Source: Candidatus Sumerlaeales bacterium (lineage in GTDB: Bacteria > Sumerlaeota > Sumerlaeia > Sumerlaeales > Sumerlaeaceae). Taken from it: a stretch of 64,000 bases of DNA. Within the stretch, counting starts at the first letter, position 1, and every line of letters starts with the position of its first letter. The stretch lies in assembly GCA_038243585.1 (NCBI GenBank), contig JBBSQY010000001.1, forward strand, positions 96,001 through 160,000, in the 5' to 3' direction. Of this stretch, positions 38,516-49,155 are shown piece by piece. The notes under the pieces were generated by a model that saw only the letters and a list, made by a program, of their open reading frames with translations, did no database searches and was not told where the DNA came from. The position numbers and the translations under genes were made by a program.

Positions 38516-39958
38516 TTAACAAATTACCGCCAGTTCAAGACCGCTGAGCCGGGCAAATTTCTGAATCTTGGCGGCCTGGTGTCCAATCCCAAGGGCGCAA
38601 TGATGGGTCGGCCCCTGTTCGCACCACCGGTTCATGAATTCCGCCGGACCCAGCGGAAACTTCAGACGGGAATTCGTATTGCCAATCTGGAACGTCGGCC
38701 CAGGAATACATTCCCCTTCCGCCACCACCATCTTCAGCTTGCCATCCGCCGTCTGCGTCATTCCAAGGATGGTGATCGGACCGTTTTTCACGCTGAACTC
38801 CACCGACACCCCGCCACCGCGCTTGCCATGATAGAGACCCAGCCCGCGCAATACCGGACGCTCCGCGCTGATGGCCACGTGCCCCGGTCCGTCGTGACCC
38901 ATAAGGATAAAATTGTCCACAAAATCCATCGCGTAGAACTCCGTAAAAGAGCCCCCCGCCTCCAGGCGATCCATGATCATCATCGCCATGCACGTCTTCA
39001 GGTCGCCCTCGCCCGACGCCGGGATGCCACGCGCCGTCAAAAGCGAATTGCCAAGGATCAGTCCCGCACCCAGTTGCTCAAACTCATTCCCGTCTACGCC
39101 GCGATAATAATAAGTCAGCCCGTCCAGATCGAAATCCTCCGCCAGCTTATCCAGACCAACCCCCACCCGGCACGCCCAGTTCATGGTGTCGTCATCAATG
39201 GATTTCGCTATGGGATCAATGCCCGGATCGGCAATGTCAAAAATCTCAAGCGCTTCTTCCCGCTTTGCCCTCACCTCGACATCCGTGGCCGCTGCCACAC
39301 GCGCCGCCAGGTCGTCCATCTCCAGAACCTCGATGTGAGAACCAAGCTGCGCCGAATGCATCGTGAAATCCGAATACATATCCAGCATCCCCGGATAAGT
39401 GTGTCCCAGGAAACCAACTCGGCTATAATGCAGGCTGCGCTGAACCCCCGCCGCCACGCACCAGTCGCCAATCTCTCCCCACGCCTTTGCGTCGTCGAAC
39501 AACATGCCAGACACCACGTTAAACTGAATCCTCGCCCGTGCGAATGCACACGAAATCTCCGGCACCGAACAGGCCGAGCATGCCGACAGCCATTCCCCCG
39601 TAGTCATGTTCACATAATCCAGCGCCGCCACCGGCTGCAGATTCAATATCAGCACCGGCGCATTAGTCCGCTGCACCGCCGGCAACACCTGCGACGACGT
39701 CGCATACGTCGCCACATAACAGAGAATCAGGTCCACGTTCTGCTGCGCAAACAAGTCCCCCGTAGCCCGCGCCCCCGGCGCCGTGTCCACCAGCCCCGCC
39801 GAAACCACGTCCACGCCAAACCCCGAAACCCGCGCCTCCACCTCCCGCTGATAACCCTCCAGCCGTTCCTTTAACCCAGGGAACTGCGACCAGTAAGCCT
39901 CCAGCCCAATACCAAAAACGCCCACGCGGGGCCTGAGACGAGTTTTGCGTTCAAACAA
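38516..39958 (-). CDS. L-fucose/L-arabinose isomerase-family protein
   Basis: EGDLKT, MGHDGPGH, GPTHHCA, YPGMLDMYSD; directly upstream of rhaT. Confidence 0.88.
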   Translation of the reverse strand: MFERKTRLRPRVGVFGIGLEAYWSQFPGLKERLEGYQREVEARVSGFGVDVVSAGLVDTAPGARATGDLFAQQNVDLILCYVATYATSSQVLPAVQRTNAPVLILNLQPVAALDYVNMTTGEWLSACSACSVPEISCAFARARIQFNVVSGMLFDDAKAWGEIGDWCVAAGVQRSLHYSRVGFLGHTYPGMLDMYSDFTMHSAQLGSHIEVLEMDDLAARVAAATDVEVRAKREEALEIFDIADPGIDPIAKSIDDDTMNWACRVGVGLDKLAEDFDLDGLTYYYRGVDGNEFEQLGAGLILGNSLLTARGIPASGEGDLKTCMAMMIMDRLEAGGSFTEFYAMDFVDNFILMGHDGPGHVAISAERPVLRGLGLYHGKRGGGVSVEFSVKNGPITILGMTQTADGKLKMVVAEGECIPGPTFQIGNTNSRLKFPLGPAEFMNRWCEQGPTHHCALGIGHQAAKIQKFARLSGLELAVIC

Positions 39959-40078
39959 TGGCGGGTAATCCTTTTTGAATTGCGACTAAGTATTGCTGAA
40001 GCGGCGGGATGGAAATGTCCAGTAACATCTGGCCGACATTGAGTTGCAATGGCGAAATGTCCCGACATTAGAAAAAAA

Positions 40079-40987
40079 CTATTGCATCAGATAAATCTCA
40101 ATTTCTCGCGGTGGCGATTCAAGAACAAGTTCTTTGCCAGAGTTTTTTAAGTGTAACAGGATTTCACGATGACCGATTATCTTCTCATGAGAAATCTCTT
40201 TCAAGTGAGCCCAAGGCAGAAGCAACCACACGGCCTTTCGCTGAACTGGTTGAAATAACACCATTTCGGGCGTCCCGCTGGAATCCGCCGCAATACGGAG
40301 ATACAAACCTGTTGGTTTGGCGAGAGCGGAAAAGCTGACAGATTTTTTCAAAAACCCCCGTGTCTTCATGGCGCCTGGGGATACCGGAGGCTTTCTGATT
40401 AAAGACCCGTCCAGTAAAAGAATTTCGACGCCTGAAGTAAGCTTTTCCGGAGCACCCGCTCCGGCGAGATCTTCGATTATTTCATCCGCCATAAAACTTT
40501 GCGCGGCAATCGCCAGCACCGTATTACAAAGGAAAATCGCCAGCGCAAAGAGAAAGATAGGAATCAGCACTTGATCAACGGCAAGGAGATCCGAGTACCA
40601 AATAAACCAGCATAGCGGTCCAATGATAACAGCCGATGCCAACAGCGTTTTCAAACCGACTTTCCTCAGGCCGCAAAGGCCCAGCAATACGCCACCGAAG
40701 ACGCTAGCACAAAATGTAAACAACTCAGGACGCGCTTGGATATTGCTAAAAACAGTGCGCTTTGCTCCCAAAGCCCCAGATATTGGGCTGACCAACACAA
40801 CAATCCCAATCATTAATACCGATTGAACGATCCACGACTTAACTTTTGGGATCAACGGCCACACAGGTTTCCGCCGACACAGGAAGTTGATGAAGATCAA
40901 CCCGTTAAGCAAACCAGCGGCGGCACACCAGAGTACCAATAAAAGCAGCAACGGGACACCGATTACATACTGTACGATATCTCTCAT
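40079..40987 (-). CDS. Hypothetical membrane protein
   Basis: About 5 TM helices then a soluble C-terminal domain. Confidence 0.65.
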   Translation of the reverse strand: MRDIVQYVIGVPLLLLLVLWCAAAGLLNGLIFINFLCRRKPVWPLIPKVKSWIVQSVLMIGIVVLVSPISGALGAKRTVFSNIQARPELFTFCASVFGGVLLGLCGLRKVGLKTLLASAVIIGPLCWFIWYSDLLAVDQVLIPIFLFALAIFLCNTVLAIAAQSFMADEIIEDLAGAGAPEKLTSGVEILLLDGSLIRKPPVSPGAMKTRGFLKKSVSFSALAKPTGLYLRIAADSSGTPEMVLFQPVQRKAVWLLLPWAHLKEISHEKIIGHREILLHLKNSGKELVLESPPREIEIYLMQ

Positions 40988-41132
40988 AATTTAGTTTCCT
41001 TGTACCACCGGCGGTGGGGAAGACAACTTTAAGGCAACGACGCTGCGCGTCATAGGAACTTTTCCTGTTTCCAGACTGCTTTCTTAGTTTGCTGTTCTTC
41101 GTGTCTTTGAGTCAATTTTCTTTAAGCTTCCC

Positions 41133-42974
41133 CTATTTCCGCCGAGGCAACACAGACTCCACCGTGCCCGGCGCCGGCGTGAAATCCTCTCCGGGATTGA
41201 TAAACTTGTTCGTTTCAAACCGGTACTGTTTGTCATAAAGTTGTTTATACCGACCGCTCGTCGCCAAAAGCTCATGGTGCGTGCCGCGCTCCACTATCTC
41301 GCCATGTTCCAGAACGAGAATTTGATCCGCGCTGATAATTGTCGACAGCCTGTGTGCGATAACAAACGTCGTGCGCCCCTTCCGCAACGCGTTCAGGCTG
41401 TCTTGTATCAGCGCCTCACTTTCGCTGTCCAGACTCGACGTTGCCTCGTCCAGAATAAGAATAGTCGGATCCGCCAGAATCGCCCGGGCAATCGCTATCC
41501 GCTGACGCTGCCCGCCCGACAGCCGCACGCCGCGCTCGCCGATAATCGACTTGTAACCGTCCTCCAGCGCCTCCACAAACTCGTCACAGTTGGCGATGCG
41601 GCTGACTTCCCGCACCTCATCCATACTTGCCCCCGGACGCGCGAAACGGATATTATCCGCAATAGTTCCGTCGAACAAAAAGTTATCCTGCAACACAATG
41701 CCAAGGTGCTTGCGATAGTCTCGAAGTTTCAGGGTTTCAAGATCGCGCCCGTCCACTTTTACCACCCCAGTCAGTGGCCGGTTAAACGCCATCACCAGGC
41801 TGACCAGCGTGCTTTTTCCAGACCCACTCGATCCCACCAGCGCCGTCGTCGTTCCCGCTGGAGCCTCAAAACAAATGTCTTTCAGAACCGGCACTCCTGG
41901 GTCATACTCAAATCCCACGTTTTCGAATTTAAAGTTCCCCTCAAGCCGACCCACCGGCGCCCGATTAATGTCTTCCTGGTCCTCCGTCGCCAGCCCCTTC
42001 ACTTCGCGAATGCGATCCAGTCCAGCGAAAGCCTCGCTGATTTGCGTTCCGATGGACGAGAGCTGAATCACCGGCGAAGCCAGCATCGCGGTAAAGAAAA
42101 TATACATTACAAAATCGCCAAGGGTCATTGCTCCCGACAAAATCGATCGCCCCCCGTAGCTGATCATAACCACGGCCACGGCCCCCGTAACCACGGTCGA
42201 CAGAGCCGTAATAATGGAAATACCGGTAACAGCGGAGGCGACATTCCGCAACAGGCCATGCGCGCCTTTCGCAAACACCAGCTCTTCACGTTTTTCCGCC
42301 GTGTAAGCCTTCACCACGCGAATACCGCCGAGGGTCTCGCTCAGCCGCCCCGTTACTTCGGCGTTAATTTTTCCCCGCTGGCGAAACACCGGGCGAAGCC
42401 GCGTGAACGCGTACCCCAGGCATACGCCAAAAATGGCAAGTATAAACAGCGTGATCATAGTCAGCTGCCAGTTCAGATAGAACAGCACCGTCATAGCCAG
42501 GACCGCCGTCACAATACTGCCCGTAAGCTGCGCCAGGCCAGTGCCAACCAGATTCCTGATCCCTTCCGGATCTGTCATGATCCGCGAAACAAGAATACCC
42601 GATTGCGTCGAATCGAAGTACCGAATCGGCAGCCTGGTGATATGCTTCTGAACGCTCATTCGCATATCCGTTATGGCCCGCTGCGCCGCCACACCCAACA
42701 CCTGCGACAACGAGAACGAAGTAAAAGCCTGCACAAGAGTCGCCGCGCCCGCCGCTGCGGCCAGGGGCCATAGCAATTCTCCGTGCCCCTTGCCAATCAC
42801 GTCATCTATCAAAAATTTGGATGTTGCCGGTAACACAAGTCCCGCCAGGCGGCTAATCAGCATCAGGCCAAGGCCAAGCGCCAGCCGGTGCCGGTGAGCC
42901 CAGATCAGCTCTCGCGCTTCACGCCAGACGCTCGACATTGGCGGCAATTTCTTCTTGCCCGTCGCGGGCGTCAT
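41133..42974 (-). CDS. ABC exporter, fused TMD-NBD (MsbA/MdlB-like)
   Basis: GSSGSGKST, LSGGQRQR, ILDEATSSLD, IAHRLST; start placed at ATG 42974. Confidence 0.93.
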   Translation of the reverse strand: MTPATGKKKLPPMSSVWREARELIWAHRHRLALGLGLMLISRLAGLVLPATSKFLIDDVIGKGHGELLWPLAAAAGAATLVQAFTSFSLSQVLGVAAQRAITDMRMSVQKHITRLPIRYFDSTQSGILVSRIMTDPEGIRNLVGTGLAQLTGSIVTAVLAMTVLFYLNWQLTMITLFILAIFGVCLGYAFTRLRPVFRQRGKINAEVTGRLSETLGGIRVVKAYTAEKREELVFAKGAHGLLRNVASAVTGISIITALSTVVTGAVAVVMISYGGRSILSGAMTLGDFVMYIFFTAMLASPVIQLSSIGTQISEAFAGLDRIREVKGLATEDQEDINRAPVGRLEGNFKFENVGFEYDPGVPVLKDICFEAPAGTTTALVGSSGSGKSTLVSLVMAFNRPLTGVVKVDGRDLETLKLRDYRKHLGIVLQDNFLFDGTIADNIRFARPGASMDEVREVSRIANCDEFVEALEDGYKSIIGERGVRLSGGQRQRIAIARAILADPTILILDEATSSLDSESEALIQDSLNALRKGRTTFVIAHRLSTIISADQILVLEHGEIVERGTHHELLATSGRYKQLYDKQYRFETNKFINPGEDFTPAPGTVESVLPRRK

Positions 42975-43210
42975 GCCGGCTCGGCCTTCCCTTTTCTGAT
43001 TAAACGAAGGTTTGAAAGAGATATCTCGGTTTACCCGCAAGCCGCATCCTTTTTGAAACGTTAATTGCCGCAAAATGTAGTTACAGAAAACGCGGCAGAA
43101 GTTCAGAAAAGGTTTCAGCAAACATTCCTTGAGAAGTAATATGTGCGCCCTGCCGGGCAGTCTTTCCTTTTTTGTTGAAACGCCAGCCCGCTCCACCGCA
43201 CTTACCCGTT

Positions 43211-43663
43211 ATGTCTATAATTGATATCAAGTTTACTATTGAACCTGGAGCCGCCGATCTGCCGACTCCGCACTATGCAACCGAAGACTCCGCCGGGGCT
43301 GATCTCCGCGCGGCGGTCGCAGCCCCCGTGGTCTTACAGCCCGGAAGTTTTGGCGCGGTATCCACTGGTTTGCGAATGGCCATCCCGAGAGGGTTCGAAG
43401 GGCAGATTCGGCCCCGCAGCGGCCTCGCCGCCCGCCACGGCATAACCTGCCTCAATACCCCCGGCACCATTGACGCCGATTACCGCGGCGTCATCCAGGT
43501 GCTGTTGATCAATCATGGCCCCGACCCCTTCACCATTAATCACGGAGACAGAATCGCGCAGCTCGTAGTCGCGCCCGTGACCCGCGCCGCTTTTGTGGCG
43601 GCGGAAAGCCTCGATGATACCACACGGGGCGAGGGCGGTTTCGGTCACACCGGCCTTAAGTGA
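43211..43663 (+). CDS. dut: dUTP diphosphatase
   Basis: [36 protein letters not shown]. Confidence 0.96.
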   Translation: MSIIDIKFTIEPGAADLPTPHYATEDSAGADLRAAVAAPVVLQPGSFGAVSTGLRMAIPRGFEGQIRPRSGLAARHGITCLNTPGTIDADYRGVIQVLLINHGPDPFTINHGDRIAQLVVAPVTRAAFVAAESLDDTTRGEGGFGHTGLK

Positions 43664-43695
43664 AACGCCATACGCAATCCCGGCCTGACTGAAGT

Positions 43696-44490
43696 ATGAA
43701 ACTGATTGAGATCAGCGCGGCAGCAGCCGGATATGGAACCCGGCCAGTGCTTCATGATGTGGCCTTTGACGTATCTCCGGGTGAACTGATTGGCCTGATC
43801 GGTCCCAATGGAAGCGGGAAAACGACGCTCCTCCATTGTATGACAGGGTTCCATCCCCTATCCGACGGCACGATACGGTTGCGCGGAAAAGACATATCAG
43901 GACTAAGCCGACGCGCCATTGTGGATAGCGTCGCTTTTGTGCCGCAACAAACCGAAGCGGTCTACTCTTACTCCGCACTGGAAATGGTTCTTATGGGCCG
44001 CCATGCGTTCGCCGGCCTCGCTTCCGTCGACACGCCACAGGACGTCAGGCTGGCCCACGAAGCTCTTGAAAGGCTGGAAGTCGCCCATCTTGCAAATCGC
44101 GATTTCTCACGATTAAGCGGCGGCGAGAAACAGCTGATTCTTCTGGCCCGAGCATTTGTGCAGCGAGCTCAGATCTTGATGCTGGATGAACCCCTGACCG
44201 GCCTGGATATCCGCCATCAATATCAGCTGATGAACGCAATTAAATCCGAAACAGAAATTGACGGCCATGCCGCCGTGGCGACCTTTCATGATCTGGCCGT
44301 GGCAGCCCGATGGTGTACCAGACTAATCCTTATCAGAGATGGCCAGATTATCGCGAACGGACCTCCCCAAGCCGTCATTACCTCACAAAACCTTGCCAAA
44401 GTCTATGACGTCACATCGACAGTATCACCCGACACCCACGGCCACCTGACCATCCATGTTACCGGCTACTCGTCGCCTGAAACTTCATGA
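43696..44490 (+). CDS. ABC ATPase, iron-siderophore/cobalamin (FepC/BtuD) type
   Basis: GPNGSGKTT, VAFVPQ, LSGGEKQ, LDEP, HDL. Confidence 0.9.
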   Translation: MKLIEISAAAAGYGTRPVLHDVAFDVSPGELIGLIGPNGSGKTTLLHCMTGFHPLSDGTIRLRGKDISGLSRRAIVDSVAFVPQQTEAVYSYSALEMVLMGRHAFAGLASVDTPQDVRLAHEALERLEVAHLANRDFSRLSGGEKQLILLARAFVQRAQILMLDEPLTGLDIRHQYQLMNAIKSETEIDGHAAVATFHDLAVAARWCTRLILIRDGQIIANGPPQAVITSQNLAKVYDVTSTVSPDTHGHLTIHVTGYSSPETS

Positions 44491-45269
44491 AGTTCCCGCC
44501 AGGCCACGGCGAGCTCCACAGAACTGCAAAGATGCAGTCTTTCCATTAACCGGGTCCGATATGTATACACCGACTTGATCGCCAGATCCAGAACATGAGC
44601 TACCTCCTTGACAGTACACCCCGCCGCCAGAAGATCAAATACTTCCTGTTCCCGCTTTGGCACTGAAGCCCCATACTTTCGCAACTGATCGATACCAGGC
44701 ATCGTTTTCGGACGTGCCGAAGAAGCAGTCAGCAGCCTTTCGCGATAGCTGCTGAACCCGCGCAAAAGCTCCTGCTGCCGGTTATATACCTCGCTCACCT
44801 GCGCCCGCAGTCGTTCCGCTTCTTGCAACGAACGCTTCATTTCCGTTATGTCATTCAGGATAATAGCCACTCCCAATAGGCTTTGGCCGTTATCCACATC
44901 GGTTGTTATTGGAAGACAGTGTCCTTCTGTCCAGCGGCTTCGCCCAGTTTTGCCCCACTCGGCTGGGGAAAAGTAATCCTCATCGACCACCCCAGGCGTA
45001 CCTGAAAACGCATTCTTAACCGCATCCCAGATATCCTTACTCTGGACGTTCTTATCTTCGAGACTATTATAATCTTTTACACTCGACATATCGAGCTCGT
45101 AAAGTTTGCTCCATTGATGATTAGCACTGACGCAATTTCCATCGGCGTCGAACAGGAGGATCCCATACCGATGGACATCAAGCTCCCGCAACATTCGCTT
45201 TTCCATTTCCTTAAGCGCTTGCTCAGCCTGCTCAGCTTTGTCGTCGTCGAGATAAAATAAATGTCGCAT
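44466..45269 (-). CDS. PAS-domain plus LuxR-type HTH transcriptional regulator
   Basis: GILLFDADG...N; DITE PAS end; REQEVFDLLAAGCTVKEVA...KSVYTYRTRLMERL. Confidence 0.85.
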   Translation of the reverse strand: MRHLFYLDDDKAEQAEQALKEMEKRMLRELDVHRYGILLFDADGNCVSANHQWSKLYELDMSSVKDYNSLEDKNVQSKDIWDAVKNAFSGTPGVVDEDYFSPAEWGKTGRSRWTEGHCLPITTDVDNGQSLLGVAIILNDITEMKRSLQEAERLRAQVSEVYNRQQELLRGFSSYRERLLTASSARPKTMPGIDQLRKYGASVPKREQEVFDLLAAGCTVKEVAHVLDLAIKSVYTYRTRLMERLHLCSSVELAVAWRELHEVSGDE

Positions 45270-45392
45270 GAAAACTACCCTGCACCAGAATTAATACTAT
45301 CTGGGCAACAGGGTGGAGGCAGCGAAATGAGCAACTCAAGAACAAAATACAAAAAAAAGTAATGCGAACTTATACAGACCCACAGAGCTCAT

Positions 45393-45420
45393 GAAGTAGC
45401 ATAGGCGTCCCGCCTATGTA
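45393..45420 (+). repeat. REP-like palindrome (family A)
   Basis: GAAGTAGCATAGGCGTCCCGCCTATGTA. Confidence 0.8.
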
Positions 45421-45527
45421 TCGGTTATCAAATCACCAATTGTTATTCACGAAAGTCGCAACCGCCCGGGAAAACCAAAGAAGAGGCACCAGCAAATTAA
45501 TCAGCCAACCGAAACGCCTCCGCAACT

Positions 45528-46544
45528 TCACTTCGCAGCAACCGGTACCCTCGACAATCTCTGGTTAATGTCCAGCAGCGCCTGCGCTCCGGCGTCGTCG
45601 ATCACCACAGACTTCACTATGTTCCCTTTGATGGCGGCGCTGAGTGCGGCGGCTCTGTCCGAGCCGATAGTGACCGCAATAACCTGCGGCATTTTTTGCA
45701 ATTGTTCCAGCTTGATGCTCGCCACGCGGTCGCGAAACGACGTGTCGCACTCATCCCCCTCCGCATTGAAAAAACGACCACAGATTTCTCCAACTGCCTT
45801 AGCCTGCACAAGCATCTTCATGTCACGGTCCGTAAAAATGCCGCGCTCGGTGAACATCGAATTTTGGAGCGTTCCCATCCCTACCAGCGCCAGCTCGCAT
45901 TTGCCAAACCGGCGGACTACCTCCTGGTTTTCGCCCAGGCTCATAATGGCGTCTCGCGTTCTTATATCCGGCAGCAGCACCGGCGTGTTCAGCATAAAAA
46001 AGGATCCGCCCCATATCGCTGCCATATGACGTCCCAGTTCCAGGGCGTCATAGCCGCTTGGGGTAGAACCCACGTTGCCCATGGCCTGCACAACCGCCAT
46101 GCTGGCCTTGCGCGGCGGCTCTTTAAACTGCTGACATAAATCCTGAAGGGTCCGCCCTCCCGCTATCGCCAGCGTATGGACCCCGGCCACCAACTGCGCC
46201 ACGTCCGCCGCCGCGAAATGGGCCACCGTGTAGCGGAGGTCTTTGACTTTGCTGCCGCGAATGGTTTTTATGACGATTGGTTTATTTAAGCCGAGTTCCG
46301 TAACGAGCAGCTTTTCCAGTTCGCGGTCCCGGGGATCGTAATCCGCCACGCTTATCCGAACAATCCCACGGTCCCGCGCCAGGGAAAGCAGACGCGATAT
46401 TTGCGGCTGAGACACCCGCATGACCCGCGCAACATCCGCCTGGGGCAGGCCATCCACATAATACAGCCGGGCCGTCATCAGCAACATCTCATCGCTAAAG
46501 CGGCCTGTGCCTTCCGCTTTCCGCCTCATAATGTCGCCCTGCAT
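45528..46544 (-). CDS. SorC/DeoR(Bsu)-family sugar-binding transcriptional regulator
   Basis: ARLYYVDGLPQADVA...ISRLL...GIVRI; GGRTL; AVGEICGRFF. Confidence 0.92.
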   Translation of the reverse strand: MQGDIMRRKAEGTGRFSDEMLLMTARLYYVDGLPQADVARVMRVSQPQISRLLSLARDRGIVRISVADYDPRDRELEKLLVTELGLNKPIVIKTIRGSKVKDLRYTVAHFAAADVAQLVAGVHTLAIAGGRTLQDLCQQFKEPPRKASMAVVQAMGNVGSTPSGYDALELGRHMAAIWGGSFFMLNTPVLLPDIRTRDAIMSLGENQEVVRRFGKCELALVGMGTLQNSMFTERGIFTDRDMKMLVQAKAVGEICGRFFNAEGDECDTSFRDRVASIKLEQLQKMPQVIAVTIGSDRAAALSAAIKGNIVKSVVIDDAGAQALLDINQRLSRVPVAAK

Positions 46545-46569
46545 CTTCGATTTAAACTCAATTTACCCA

Positions 46570-47949
46570 TCAGGCTTTCGGCCTCTGATTCCACGTAAGT
46601 CCAAGCAGCGCCATGGCGATAACACTCGATACCATCGCCGCATAAAGAGGTATGCTCCAGGCGGCTTCTTTTCCCAGCGTCGGGATATAGGTATCCAAAG
46701 CCTTTCCCGTCCCCCAGGAATATACGGCCTTTCCGACATACCCGAAGAGGCCGATAAAGCCGGCTGCCACGCCAATGGCTTTCTTGGAAGTCAGATCCAG
46801 CGCCATGATCGTTATAAAGTTAATGACCGGGTAAATCATCAATCCAATCACAAACAGCAGACTAAGATTCGCCCACATCATCCCATAGGTGTTACCGAAA
46901 ATGGTAATCGTCATTGGCAGCACCGGCAGCAGAGCGAAAGCAGCAATGATCGGTATCATGCAGATTACCGCCACCCGACCGCGACGCCCCCCCAATCTGT
47001 CTGAAAGATAACCAAGGGCGATCGTGCTGGGAATTCCACCCAATTCAATGGCTGCAATGGCGAAACTTCCCCCCATGATGTTCGCGTGCTTCACTTCGCG
47101 AAGATAGCTTGGACCCCAGTCGATCATCGCATATCGGCTGATATAGGCAAAGAAATTCGCTATGGCCAAAATCCATACAAACTTGTTTAGGAGTACGTAA
47201 TCGAAAAAGAGCTCTTTAAAAGTGAAGTCCCGTTCATCGATGCCGTTCGCCCGCTCTTCGTCCGTATAATCGTTTTTGTATTCTTCAATAGGTGGCAGAC
47301 CTTCGGACTGAGGCGTATCCACCATTCGCCAAAACAGGTAGAGAGACATAATGGCGGTAATCGCGCCCGGCACATAAAAGGCGTATTGCCAACCGCCGAA
47401 CTTATGAACCGACCAGGCCGCCAAAGACCCGGCTATGGCTCCGCCAAGGTTATGAGAGGTGTTCCATATGCTAAAGGTCAGGCCGCGTTCACGTTCACTA
47501 TACCAGTGGCCCATGCTTCGCCCGCAAGGCGGCCAGCCCATACCCTGCACAAAACCGTTCGCAGCGAAAATCATCAGATGGAGATTGTAATCAGAAGTCG
47601 CACCAAACGCAAAATTCATGATGGACGTGAGCAATAGACCGACCGCGATAAACACCCTCGGATTGCTCCGGTCTGAAAGCGCGCCCATGAAAAACTTACC
47701 GATACCATACGTAATGCCGGTCATGCCTATGATGCTGCCGATCATCTCGTTGGTATAGGCAAGCTGCGCCTGCATCTCCGGCTTGACGACATTTATGTTG
47801 TTCCGCACCAGGTAATAAGCGGCATAACCAAGAAAGGTTGCTTCCATGATGCGCCACCGCAGCTTTGGATACTTGCGTTTTACTTCCGCGTCCGGCAGCC
47901 GCGGCACATGAGGCGCAGGCGCAAATAAGCGCTGAATGGGATTAGACAT
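46570..47949 (-). CDS. MFS organophosphate:phosphate antiporter (GlpT/PgtP/UhpT family)
   Basis: GYAAYYLVRNN, YGIGKF, QGMGWPPC, WNTSHNLGG, DTPQSEGLPPIEEY, GFIGLFGY. Confidence 0.92.
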   Translation of the reverse strand: MSNPIQRLFAPAPHVPRLPDAEVKRKYPKLRWRIMEATFLGYAAYYLVRNNINVVKPEMQAQLAYTNEMIGSIIGMTGITYGIGKFFMGALSDRSNPRVFIAVGLLLTSIMNFAFGATSDYNLHLMIFAANGFVQGMGWPPCGRSMGHWYSERERGLTFSIWNTSHNLGGAIAGSLAAWSVHKFGGWQYAFYVPGAITAIMSLYLFWRMVDTPQSEGLPPIEEYKNDYTDEERANGIDERDFTFKELFFDYVLLNKFVWILAIANFFAYISRYAMIDWGPSYLREVKHANIMGGSFAIAAIELGGIPSTIALGYLSDRLGGRRGRVAVICMIPIIAAFALLPVLPMTITIFGNTYGMMWANLSLLFVIGLMIYPVINFITIMALDLTSKKAIGVAAGFIGLFGYVGKAVYSWGTGKALDTYIPTLGKEAAWSIPLYAAMVSSVIAMALLGLTWNQRPKA

Positions 47950-48082
47950 TTAATTACCAGCCTCAAAATTAATAAGCCAGCCCCAAACCGGGCCGCTACG
48001 GGTTAAACAACAAAAACAGAACCCCACGCGGTCAACCACCAAATATCAAAACGTCTAATTATTCGAGAATTTCCACTACGCA

Positions 48083-48146
48083 GAAGCAGCATAGACAACC
48101 GAAGTAGCACAGCCGTCTGAAGTAGCATAGGCGTCCCGCCTGTGTA
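48083..48146 (+). repeat. Family A REP preceded by two 18-nt tandem partial copies
   Basis: GAAGCAGCATAGACAACC / GAAGTAGCACAGCCGTCT / GAAGTAGCATAGGCGTCCCGCCTGTGTA. Confidence 0.8.
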
Positions 48147-48231
48147 AGCGCAGACACTCGAAGCGCCTCCGCCTCAAAACCTTCCACGCTTCTCACCAAC
48201 CTACCAACCAACCAACATTCCCCCAGCCAAC

Positions 48232-49155
48232 CTACCGACCGACTGCCTCCACCATCTTCCTCATCTCCCGTGCCGTCTCCACCACCGAAGGCCCCAGCAA
48301 CATCGCGCGCGCGTTCTTCCACTCATACACGTGACCAGACCGCACAGCGCGAACAGTCGAAAGCCCCGACCATATACCAGCATCCCTGACCGGCGCGCTC
48401 CCGCCTGCCGTCGATTCTCCACCGCTCATATCAATGACCAGCGAAGGATTTGCCCTGATAATTTCTTCCCGGCTCACGGCCGCGCCTCCGCCCACCGCCA
48501 GCCGCCCTCCGGCAATCTCAAAAAGCTCTCCCAGGAAATTGCCCGCAGCTGCCTGATACATCCCCCGCAAGGCTGCGGAATCACGGCTCACGATTACTAA
48601 TCCAACAACACAAGACGTCTCCGCAGCGCCACCGAAAGATCGCTTCTCCGCAACCTCATGCAGCCCCGCCTTTATATCCCGGCCGAGCGCCCCCGCCGCC
48701 GCGGTCCTTCCCGTAATTGTCCCCAGCCTGTCAATCGCGCTGTACATATCCGCAAGCGAATCAACCTGAAACAACTCCGACCTAACGCCCAACTGCTTAA
48801 GCCGCGAAGCAAAATCCGTCTGACTCCGATAAAGAAGAACAACAGTGGGGCGCAGGCGCAGGACGGCTTCAAGCCCCGGATTCACCAGCCCACCCACCGA
48901 AGGACGTTCGGACGCGGCAGCGGGAAATCGGCAATAGTCACTTACGCCGACCACCTGATCACCGGCGCCGATAGCAAACGAAATCTCCGTCAGATTAGGC
49001 ACAAGAGAAACAATACGCGTGGTGGCATCATCCGCCTGGGGCTCGGCAACAGCTAAAGCCCCGCTCAATGACGCCACAACCGCCAGCGCCAGACAAAACA
49101 ACCGGAGCATCAGCCTAAGCGGAAACAACTTATCCAGCCAAATCCTCCGGAGCAT
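48232..49155 (-). CDS. Helical-backbone periplasmic binding protein (BtuF-like)
   Basis: RIVSLVPNLTEISFAIGAGDQVVGVSDYCRFP; AVRSGHVY; GPSVVE; start may be 49110. Confidence 0.88.
   Translation of the reverse strand: MLRRIWLDKLFPLRLMLRLFCLALAVVASLSGALAVAEPQADDATTRIVSLVPNLTEISFAIGAGDQVVGVSDYCRFPAAASERPSVGGLVNPGLEAVLRLRPTVVLLYRSQTDFASRLKQLGVRSELFQVDSLADMYSAIDRLGTITGRTAAAGALGRDIKAGLHEVAEKRSFGGAAETSCVVGLVIVSRDSAALRGMYQAAAGNFLGELFEIAGGRLAVGGGAAVSREEIIRANPSLVIDMSGGESTAGGSAPVRDAGIWSGLSTVRAVRSGHVYEWKNARAMLLGPSVVETAREMRKMVEAVGR

Noticed and set aside
38579..39874. 431-aa plus-strand ORF
   Set aside because: Antisense to the isomerase; no motifs; typical shadow of GC-biased codons
41241..42773. 510-aa plus-strand ORF
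   Set aside because: Antisense to the clear ABC exporter
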